DNA of 40,350 bases from Scenedesmus sp. PABB004 (lineage: Eukaryota). The notes under the pieces were generated by a model. That model saw only the letters and a program-made list of their open reading frames with translations. It did no database searches and was not told the DNA's origin. The position numbers were made by a program, and so were the translations under genes. Shown one piece after another: positions 22,797 through 32,620 of the stretch (positions within the stretch are counted from its first letter, which is position 1; each line of letters starts with the position of its first letter). The stretch spans positions 744,001 to 784,350 of the forward strand of contig JABVCE010000018.1 in the NCBI GenBank assembly GCA_014905635.1, given 5' to 3'.

Positions 22797-22886
22797 CCCC
22801 CCCCCGCCCCGCCCGCCCGCCCCGCCCCCGCCCCGCCCCGCCCCGCCCCGCCCCGCCCCGCCCCGCCCCGCCCCGCCCCGCCCCGC
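22755..22886. repeat. Poly-C / (GCCCC)n tract
   Basis: ~30 C followed by (GCCCC)n, directly visible. Confidence 0.95.
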
Positions 22887-23097
22887 GCGTGAGGGGCGCC
22901 CCTCACCGCAAAGGGAGGCAAAACCACGCCGCTGACATCACCACCACTATTGCTGTAAGGAAGAGGGAATCGGCGGGCTAGATGGTGGCATGGGCGGTGT
23001 GAAGCTTTGGAAGGGAACCTGGGTGAAGGAGAACGGGGAAACAAAGGACAAAGCGGGTTAAGCTTGCCGAGCACTGCTGGCGGAGACATGAGCAATG

Positions 23098-23102
23098 TTA
23101 CA
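23098..23102 (-). promoter_or_regulatory. TGTAA polyadenylation signal of the membrane-protein gene
   Basis: ttaca on the plus strand, ~57 nt beyond the minus-strand stop at 23159. Confidence 0.55.
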
Positions 23103-23158
23103 TGCGCGAGTAACGATCACCACAGCACGCCGCGCAGGCGCGTTGAACGCGGTGTCGC

Positions 23159-25092
23159 TCAAACAATGTGCAAGAGCTCCGACTTGGCCGCCTTCCAGCT
23201 GCCCCACGGCGCGCCACGCAGCGTCGCCGCCGCGCTGCCCCCCACCGCCAAGCTCACGCCGAGCAGGCACGCGACGTTCAACACGTGCGCACGCTCCTGT
23301 GCCGCGGCAGGGCGGGTCGGGCGTCGCGCGTGTGTGAGCGGCGCTGGCGCCGCCCGCAGGCCCCCGCGGCTCCAGCGGCGCGGGCGTCGCCGCCGCGGTG
23401 CGGCATGGCCACCGCCGGTGCGGCATGGCCACCCGCGCGCCGGCGCACCATAAAGTCGAGCAAGATCGCGAGCGCACCGGCCGCCGCGGTGAGCAGCGCC
23501 TGCGCGTCCGGCGTGCCGTAGGCAGTTGCGGCCAGCATGACGCGCAGGCAGGCGGCTCCGGCAAAGGCCCCGCACGAGAGCATGAGCACCGACAACGTGG
23601 GAACGGACGGCTCGTGCTCGACCTGCGGCGGCGCGCGCGGCCGGCGGCCGCGCCGCGCGCTCAGAGAGGCCGCTCCGCGTTGCCCACCGCGCGGCGGCGC
23701 TGCCAGGCCGTGGCACGGTCGAGCGCCCGGCGCGCGGCTATCACAAACACTGCTGCTGGGGCCGCGTGACGCGCACCAGGTCCCTGCCCTCCAGGCCGAG
23801 GACGAGGCCGAGCAGCAAAGCGGGGACGGCCGGCAACGCGGCGCTCATGAAGCCGAGCGTGGCGGGTGAGGCGCTGTCCTCCAAGTCGGACAGCTGCCGC
23901 GCACGGAACAAGAAGTCAGTGTCTGCGCGCACATGGCGGCCGTCGCCGTGCGTGGCACGCGTTGGACGGCGTGGCGGCGCAGCGGCCCAGCGCCGCGCGA
24001 CGCGGCCCCGGCCCGGCGGGCCGGGCAACGGGGCGTGCCGTGCGGGCCGGGCGGGCGAAGGAAGGCTGCCGGCGGCGTTGCAACCCACCGTGGATGCGGT
24101 GCCCCAGCGTGGCGTCGCCCTTGACCTGCTTCCAGAGAAGCTGCAGCGCGACCGTGCCGCTGAAGCAAAGCAACAACGCCAGCGTCATCATGCCGCTGTG
24201 GGCGTCAGCCAATAGCTCCAACCCTGCGCATGGGTGCACGCGGGGCCGCGCCGCGCGGGCGCGTCAGCGCGGCGCTGTCGCCGCCGCGGTCGCTGCTGCG
24301 CGACGGCAGCGGCCGCGCACCGCCGCCCGCTGATCGGCGGCGGCCACCGGCGGCGGCGGGCGCATGGCGCAGCACCCGGCGGGCCCCCCGCACCCAGCCC
24401 GGCCACGGCGCAGCCCAGCGGGGCGCGCATGTGGTGCTGCACGGCCGCTGGCAGCCAGGTCTTGGCGCCGCTGACATCGGCCACGCGCGACAGGCGCAGC
24501 AGGAGCGGCAGCACGTTGACCGCGCACAGCACCATGTACACGCTGCCGCGCGATAGCAGGGTCACCAGCGTCAGCAACTGCGGCGCGCGCGGGCGGCAGC
24601 AGCGTCGGGGGCTGCGCGCGGGCTGCCCACCAGCGCCGGGCGCCGGCGGGCCGCCGTCGGGCGCGCCAGCCCTCGCACCTGGCAGCTGCTGAGCACCGAC
24701 TGCACCAGCGCACCCTTGACGGCTGCTGCCGAGATCTTCGGCGGCTCCACCAGCTGCCACGCCGCGGCGAGCTGCAGCGCGACCGCCGCGCTGGCGAGGT
24801 GCAGGAACGTTTGTACGCCCGGCACCGCCATGCTGATCAGCGCGCCTTTCAGCAGCACCCAGCTGAACCCCTGCGCCAGCACCAGCAGCCCCGCGCACGA
24901 GAGCGCAGCATTGCGCTGCCACCAACGGCCAAAGTCAGCGTGCTGGTCGTCGCCGTCGTGCTGTCCCTGCGGCTGCCACGCGGCCTCCTGCGACTCTTGC
25001 CCGCGGCTGAGCGCCGCGTCGAGCTGTGCCTGGCCCAGGGCGCGAGCGGCGGCGGCGCGGGAGGCCTCGTCGACTTCCGCTGCGTCGCCCAT
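23159..25092 (-). CDS. Multi-exon multi-pass membrane protein, possibly DMT/nucleotide-sugar transporter-like
   Basis: ATG at 25092 (MGDAAEVDE); successive exons give many hydrophobic helices (AGLLVLAQGFSWVLLKGALISM, TFLHLASAAVAL, LLTLVTLLSRGSVYMVLCAVNVLPLLL, MMTLALLLCF, AALPAVPALLLGLVLGLE, TLSVLMLSCGAF, LNVACLLGVSLAVGG); stop at 23159. Family assignment is tentative. Confidence 0.65.
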
Positions 25093-25105
25093 CTCGCTGC
25101 CGGCC

Positions 25106-25137
<32 letters not shown>

Positions 25138-25423
25138 CCCACGCGTGCTGTCGGAGTGTCTGCCAGTCGCGGCGACGGGCCAGCGAACGGCGCTGGGGCA
25201 ACGGCTGCGACCGCCGCTGCTCAACAACGGACTGCTGGGCTGCGCAGCGGGCGTGCGAGGGCGCGGCGTGGCGAGCTGGGGGAGGTTGCACTGCGGCCGC
25301 ACGCCAAGCGCGACAGTAGCAGCCGCGCGCGGCGCGCGCCGCGCGCGCCCGCCAGGCTGCGCCCTCGACTGCTCGGCTGCCGCGCTGTGCGCAGCCGCAC
25401 GCGTTCGCGCGCCGCCGAGCGCC

Positions 25424-27829
25424 TCAGTCCACGGGGTAGGCCTCCAGGTCAAACAGCGAGGTGCTCGTGACGCGGCAGCGCCGCATCTGGCCCACCTCCA
25501 GCGGCGCCGCGGGCGCGGCGCCGGGCGGCGGGCCGGACACAAAGACCACGGGGTCGACGTCTGGCGCGTCCCACTGCGTGCGGCCGTAGAGCCAGCCGTC
25601 CTCGTTCACGCCGTCGACCAGCACGTCCACCTCGCTGCCGACCAGGGACGAGGCAAAGGCCTCGCTTATGGCCTGCTGCACCTGCACGAGCTCGTCGCGC
25701 CGCCGCTGCCTTCGCGCGCACACGCCGGCGCAGCCGGGGCAGGCGTCAGCGCGCGCGGCTGGCGGGCGGCGCGGCGCACGGCACGGGCCCCGCCACCGCG
25801 GCGCTTGGCGCGACCGCGGCGCTCGGCGCGGCCCCCGCGGCGCGCACCGGATGCGCTGCGGGACCTGCTCCGGCAGCTCCGCGGCGGGCGTGCCGTCCTC
25901 CTCCGAGTACACAAACGCGCCGGCGCGCTCAAACCTAAAGCACCGCACAAACTCTACCAGCTCGCGATGCGCCTCCTCGGTCTCGCCGGGAAAGCCTGCG
26001 GCGGCGCGACCGCGTGGCGCGGCGGCCGCGTGGGCGCCCCGCGCGCGCGCGCGGCGGCCGCCGCCGCGAGGCACGCTGCGCACCGGTGATGAAGGTTGTG
26101 CGGAGGGCGAGGCCGGGGATGTTGTCGCGCAGCTTGGCGAGCAGCGCGGTGGTGTGGGCCTGGGGCGGCCTGTTCATGGCGAGCAGGGTGAGGTTGTGGA
26201 TGTGCTGCAGGGGCATGTCGATGTACTTGCAGACCTTGGGGTTTGACGCGATCTCCGCGATCAGCGCGTCGTCAAAGTAGCTGGGGTAGGCGTAGAGGAT
26301 GCGCAGCCAGCGCAGGCCTTCCAGCTCAGACAGCGCGCGCAGCAGCTCCGCCAGGCCGCGGCCGTCGCGCCTGTGCGGGCAGCGGGGCGCCCGGCCAAAG
26401 CTTGGCAGGCCGCCGCTGCGCGACCCCTCGGCTAGCGAGCCGGCTGCTCCGCGCGCGGCCGCACCTGTCCTGGCCGTACTGGTTTGTGTCCTCCGCGATG
26501 AGGTTGAGCTCCACCACGCCGCTCGCGACCAGGCGCCGCGCCTCGTCCTGCGCGGCAGCGGCGGGGGCGGCCCGGCGGCGGCGGGAGCTCGGCTGGGCGC
26601 GCGCCCCAGCTCACCGGCCCGCGCAGCGGGCTGGCAGGCGCGCATGGCGTGCTGCTGCGCAGCGCTGGCAGCGCTGGCAGCGTTGGTGGTGGTGGGTTGC
26701 TGCTGCCTGGCTGGATGAGGCCGGCGCGCGCGGCCGTCGGCGGCCGCCGCCGGGCACCAAGCAGCTGCGCGCGCCCCGCGCCCCGCACCAGCAGCGGCTC
26801 CCAGCCCTTGCTGCGAAACTTGCCCCGGAAGCCAGGGATGGCGCAGAACGTGCAGGCGTGGTTGCAGCCCTCCGCGACGCGCAGGTAGGCTGTGTGCCGC
26901 GGCGTCAGCCGGACGCGATCCCACTCCGCGCGGAACGGTACGGTCGCCTGCCCCACCTGCGGCGCGTGGGAGGGCGGGCGGCGGCGTGGAAAGGCAGCCG
27001 GTGGCGTGCGGCGCTCACAGCGCCGCGCAGGTGAGGTGCGTGCGGCGCTCACCTGCACCCTGCTGCCAGCGCTCCCGCTGCTGCTGCTGCTGCTGCTGGC
27101 AGCGGCCGCCGTCGGGCTGCTGCTGGTGCCGAGGCGCTCCGCCAGCGCGGCGGGCAGGGCGCCGTAGTTCTCAAAGCCCATCACCAGGTCCGCCTCGGGC
27201 AGGTCTGCCGCCAGCGCGGGCCCGTACCGCTGCGCCAGGCAGCCCGTGACCAGGATCTGGCGCCGCTTGCCGTCCTGGTTCAGGCCCGCGGCCTCAACGA
27301 TGGCCTGGCCGCGGTCGCGGCAGGCGGCAGCGGCGGCGGCGGCGGTGAGCGCGGCGGCGCGCGGCAAGCGCCGCCGGGCGCGCGGCGCTGCTCGCCGCTC
27401 CGGCTGCACCTCGAGCGACTCTGCCTTTGCGTCCTCAACGAACGCGCAGGTGTTGATGATGATCGCGTCCGCGGCCTCTGAGTCGCTGGTGACCTCAAAG
27501 CCTGAACGGACGAGATCGCCCAGCATCACCTCGCCTGCGCTCACGGGCGGCAGCGGTGGTGGCACGGCCGCCGGCAGCCGCGGGCCGCCGCCGCGCTGCC
27601 GCCTCTCGCAGCGCCGCGCACCGTCGACCACGTTCTTGGCGCAGCCCAGAGATACCATGCTCACGCGCTTGGGCCCGGGCGGCGCCGCGTCGGCCGGCAG
27701 CGGGGCCGCTGGCGGCGCAGGCGCCGCAGACGCGCGGCAGGCCAGCCGCCGCCGGCGCGCGCCCGCCGGCGCTCGTTGGCAGCAGCTGCTGCTGTGGCTG
27801 CAGTGGCGGCCCAGGGCGAGCGGCGCCAT
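25424..27829 (-). CDS. rimO: Ribosomal protein S12 methylthiotransferase RimO (radical SAM), multi-exon, with predicted organellar transit peptide
   Basis: UPF0004 domain [35 protein letters not shown]; radical [66 protein letters not shown]; Ala/Arg/Ser-rich N-terminus [10 protein letters not shown]...RLACRAS. Confidence 0.92.
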
Positions 27830-28193
27830 GGCCCCGGCGGCTGCGCTTGTGGCGGCGGCGGCGCTGCTGCCGGCGCGGCTGGGGGGGGGGGGGGGGCGCA
27901 AAGCCTCTCCACTCCGGCGACGTGCCGTGGTCGGGTGTAGCTCTGTGATGCGTCGCCGGCAGCTCCCGCGTTTGCAGGCCCGGGGAACTGGCCGGCCGCG
28001 ATTCTGTCTGTTTGGGCTTGCCACACTGCGCTCAGCGACTGCCAGTCCGCTCGCCCACATCGCCACACCCCCCACACGCGCCGTGCACACCGCGCGCTCG
28101 CCGCCGCCGCGGCCAGCCGCCGCCCGGAACAGCGCTCCTGCTCCCGGCGCTGCCGCCGCGCGCGCGGCCAATTCGCCCCAATCCGGTGGCGCC
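27830..28193. promoter_or_regulatory. Short head-to-head intergenic region (probable bidirectional promoter)
   Basis: 364 bp between the rimO ATG (-) and the mtnA-mtnK ATG (+). Confidence 0.6.
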
Positions 28194-31100
28194 ATGTCGG
28201 CGCTGGAGGCGATCCTGTACGCCGGCGGCAAGCTGCAGCTGCTTGACCAGCGCCTGCTGCCGCACGAGACGGTCTACCTCGACGTCCCCGATCCCACGGC
28301 CGCGTGGCAGCACATCAAGGCGCGCGCGCACGCGCAGCGCGCGGCCGCGGCCGCGCGCCGCCCCAGCCCACAGCACGCGCCGCACGCGCAGGACATGGTC
28401 GTGCGCGGCGCGCCCGCGATCGGCGTGACGGGCGCCCTCGCGCTGGCGGTGCACCTGTCCGGCCGCGGCGGCGGCGCGCAGTACGCGAGCGTCGGGGCGT
28501 GCGTGGCCGACATCGCCACGACCATAGACTACCTAGTCACCAGGCGCGCGGCGTGCGAGCACGGGGGGCGCGCGCAGGCAAGGGAGCGTGCGCGGCTGGC
28601 CGAGCGCCGCCTGCGCCCGCATGCGCGCAGCCGGCCGACGGCGGTCAACCTCGCCGACTCTGCGGTGAAGCTCAAGGCCGTGGCGGCGGCGGCGGCGGCG
28701 GCCGCGGGTGCGACGCCAGCGTCCGTGGTGGCTGCCGTGGTGGCCGCGGCCGAGGCCACGCTGGCCGAGGACATCGCCGCCAACAAGGTGCGCCGTGCCG
28801 GGGGGGGGGGGGACAGCAGCGGCGCCTTCAGCGCCGGCGGCCCCCCTCACGTGCCGGCTGCGGCCCCGTGCCGCTCGCCTGGGCAGGCCATCGGCGCGGC
28901 GGGCGCCGCCGCGCTGCTGTCGGCGGTCGCGGCGCGCGGCAAGGCGCGTCCCAGCGGCAAGGTGACGGTGCTGACGCACTGCAACACCGGCAGCCTCGCC
29001 ACGGCGGGGTACGGCACCGCGCTGGGCGTGGTGCGCGCGCTGCATGAGATGGGCCGCCTGGAACGCTGCTACGCCTGCGAGACGCGCCCGTACAACCAGG
29101 GTGCGGCGGCGCGGCGGCGCTCGGCGGCGCAGCACGGCAGGGGCGCGCTGCGCGAGGCGCCGGCGGCGCGGCCCGCGGCGTGCTGAGCAGTGTGTGTGCG
29201 CGCGCGTGCGCCGTGGGCGCGTCCGCGCCCGCAGGTGCGCGCCTGACCGCGTTTGAGCTGGTGCACGACGGCCTGCCCGCGACGCTGCTGGTGGACAGCG
29301 CCGCCGCGGCGCTCATGGCGGCGGGCGACGTGGACGCGGTGGTCGTGGGCGCGGACCGCGTGGTGGCCAATGGCGACGCCGCCAACAAGATTGGCACCTT
29401 CAGCCACGCCGTGGCGGCGGCACGGCACGGGGTGCCCTTCTTTGTCGCCGCGCCGACGACCACGCTGGACTCGGGGCTGGCGGCGGGGCGCGACATCGAG
29501 ATTGAGCAGCGCCCCGCCGAGGAGATCACGCACTTCCGGGGCACGCGCGTGGTCGTGGACGGCATACACGTGCGCGCACCGCCCCGCACCGCACCGCACG
29601 CCGCACCGCGCCCGCCGCCGCGGCCAGCGCGCCGCACGCAGCCCGGCGCCGCGGCCGGGCGGCCACGCCGCGGGCCCGCGCGCGCGGGGCGCAGGTGTGG
29701 AACCCCTGCTTTGACGTCACGCCTGGGCCCCTGATCGAGGGCATCATCACCGAGGAGGGGCTCGTGCCCCGCGACGTCGCCAGCGGCGCGCACCGCGTGG
29801 CCGACTTCATGGCCGCGCGCGCAGCGCGCCTCAGCGCCGCGGCGCCGCCCGCGGGTAGCGCCGGTGCGCTGCACTCGCGCGCGCTGCGGCAGGCCCGGGT
29901 GCTGCGCGCTGGCGGCGCCGGCCCCCGCCGCCTGCAGCCAGCCGCCAAGCTGAGCTCGCGCCCCTGCCTGCGCCAGGCGCCGCGCCCGCGGTCAAGGCCA
30001 GCAGCGGCGTGAGCGCGCTCGGCACCGTCGGCGTCGCGGCCTTCCTGGCGGCGCGGCTCGCGCTGGCGGCGCGGGTGGGTCCGCCTGGCAGCGAGGGCAG
30101 CTGGTCCGTGGAGGAGGTGGGGGACGGCAACCTCAACTTTGTGTACATCGTCAAGGTGACCACCACACGCGCGCGCGTGGGGCATGGTGGGCCGGGGCCA
30201 GCCGGCGCGCCCGCGCGCTCGCACTCTCGCGGCGGCGCCACGTGCCGCCGCCGCCGGCAACCGCGCTCGCAGGGGCCCGCCGGGGGCGTTTGTGTGAAGC
30301 AGGCGCTGCCGTACGTGCGCTGCGTGGGCGAGGGCTGGCCGCTGAGCCAGGACCGCGCGCGCATCGAGGCGGAGGCGCTGCAGCTGGAGCACAAGCTCTG
30401 CCCCGAGCACGTGCCCGAGGTCGGCACGCCGCGGCTGTGTTGCCGCGCCCCGCCCTGCCCCGCCCACACCCACGCGCGCCCGCGGTGGCGCGCGGTGACA
30501 TGCACCCCTCCTCCCCCTCGCGCGCGGCAGGTGTACCACTACGACCCCGCCGGGGCAGTGGTGGTCATGGAGCTGCTGGGCGCGCCCGCCGTCATCCTGC
30601 GCCACGCGATCGTGGCGGGCCGCACCTTCCCCGCCGTCGGGCGGCACACAGGCCGCTTCCTGGCCGACACGCTCTTCAACACCAGCCTGCTCGCCCTCGA
30701 TTCGCGCGGCTTCAGGGAACTGGTGGTGCGCTTCACCAACCCGGACCTCTGTGCGCTGACCGAGCAGGTCATCTTCACAGACCCCTACACCGACTCGCAC
30801 CACAACCGCTGGACCAGCCCCCACCTCGACGCCGACGCGGCCGCGCTGCGCGGCGACGCGGAGGCCAAGGCGGCCGTGACCGCGCTCAAGCGGAAGTTCT
30901 GCTGCAACGCAGACGCCCTCGTCCACGGCGACCTGCACACGGGCAGCATCATGGTGCGCCGCGGCCGCCGCGGCCCGCCGCGCAGCGGGCTAGTCGCGCG
31001 CGCCGCCCCCGCCGCCGAGCGCCGCCCCCGCCGCCGAGCGCCGCGCGCGCCGCGGCGTGCAGGTGACAGGGGAGGCCAGTAAGGTGATCGACCCCGAGTT

Positions 31101-31750
31101 TGCGTTCATGGGCCCGCTGTCGTTTGACCCCGCCAAGATCACGGCCGAGCTGCTCATCGCCTTCTTCGCCAGCGACGGCCACGAGGCCGCGCCGGGCGCG
31201 GCCAGCAGGGCGGCGCAGCGCGCGTGGCTGCTGGACTGCATCGCCGAGCTGTGGGACACCTTCACCGCGCGGTGCGGCGCACGGCGCGGCCCGGCCAGCG
31301 GGGGTGCCGAGGGGGCCGGGCCCGCCCGCCCTGCGTGCCGCTCAGCGCCGCGCGCGCCGCAGGTTCCTGGAGCTCTGGACGGCCAAGGCGGACGCCGGCA
31401 GCGGCGACCTCTGCCCGCCGGCGGTGCTGGGCAGCGCCACCGCCAACGGCCGCGCCGCGCTCGCGGCCTGCCAGTCGGCGCTGCTGGCTGAGCTCTTTGC
31501 CGACGCCGTGGGCTTTGCGGGCGCGTTCATCATCCGCCGCCTCGTCGGCATCGCGCACACGGCAGACATGGACAGCATCGCCAGCGACGACGCGCGCGCC
31601 GCGTGCGAGCGCCGCGCGCTGCGCTTCGGCCGCCACCTGCTCGTCCAGGGCGGCGCCGCGTACCGCGACATCCGTGCCCTCACCGCCGCGGCGGCGGCGG
31701 CGCGCCAGGTGGATGGCCTGCCCGCGCACGCCGAGGCGGCGGCGGTCTGA
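28194..31750 (+). CDS. mtnA-mtnK: Fused methylthioribose-1-phosphate isomerase (MtnA/MRI1) and 5-methylthioribose kinase (MtnK), 11 exons
   Basis: MtnA motifs [81 protein letters not shown]; MtnK motifs [73 protein letters not shown]. Exons 28194-28319, 28392-28543, 28631-28787, 28887-29100, 29235-29569, 29695-29863, 29977-30155, 30273-30419, 30531-30953, 31063-31271, 31363-31750. Confidence 0.9.
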
Positions 31751-32187
31751 CGCGGGGCGTGCGGTCGCTGCGGGGTGGCGGCGGCGGCTGCACGCGCCGA
31801 CGCGCCGACTGAAACGCACGCCCAGGGCGCATCCCATCGCAGCTCGCGCCCTCGCGCTCCTAACCCCATTCCAGCCACGCCGCACGACCAGGCGGCTCAG
31901 CGGCTGCCGCGTGCGTGCGGCGCTCAGGCGTTCAGCGACGCGGCACGGCATCAGCGCTCGTGCTGCTGTGCTGCTGTGCTGCTGCGCCCGACTCGCGCCC
32001 CGGCGCCCCGCACGCGGACCCCGCGTCTCTCCCGCTTCGGCTTCGCCGGCGGCCGGCGGCCGGCCTGTGATGCGGCGCGGCCTGCGGGGCGCGCTGCAGC
32101 AGCGGCGGCACGCCGGCGCGCCGAATGGCGCAGCCGCGGCGCAGCCCGGCGTATGAGCACCTCTGCGAAAACGCTGGGGCAGACGCC

Positions 32188-32587
32188 ATGGATCCAGCTG
32201 CGCAGGCGATGCGGGCGCTCAACGCAGACCCCAGGGACCCCGCGCCGCTGCCGGGCGAGCGGGACCTGACCCACCTGAGCGAGGCCGAGCTGGAGGAGCT
32301 GGCCGCGAAGGCCCGCAAGGTGTCGCCCACCATCCAGGAGCTGCAGAACAAGCTGGCCAGCAACCGCAACTCGCTGGCGGGCATCCTCGACAACAAGAAC
32401 GAGACCAAGCTCGGCGCCATGATCACCAGCATTCGCGCAGCAATCATCCTGGGCCAGCGCGCGGAGCGCGGCAAGGCCTTGATACAGGTGGGCGGCAGCC
32501 GCAAGCCCCCCACTGGGCCGGTGCGCGGGCTGCGCGCCGCCGTCTCACAGACTGAACCTGACGCGCGCCGCCACGTGCGCGCCCGCC

Positions 32588-32620
<33 letters not shown>

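Noticed and set aside
25106..25136. (GCA)n tract (another at ~32588-32630)
   Set aside because: Ordinary microsatellites common in chlorophyte UTRs and introns.
30009..31750. Stand-alone mtnK gene starting at GTG 30009
   Set aside because: No ATG, and a canonical GT-AG intron joins it in frame to mtnA.
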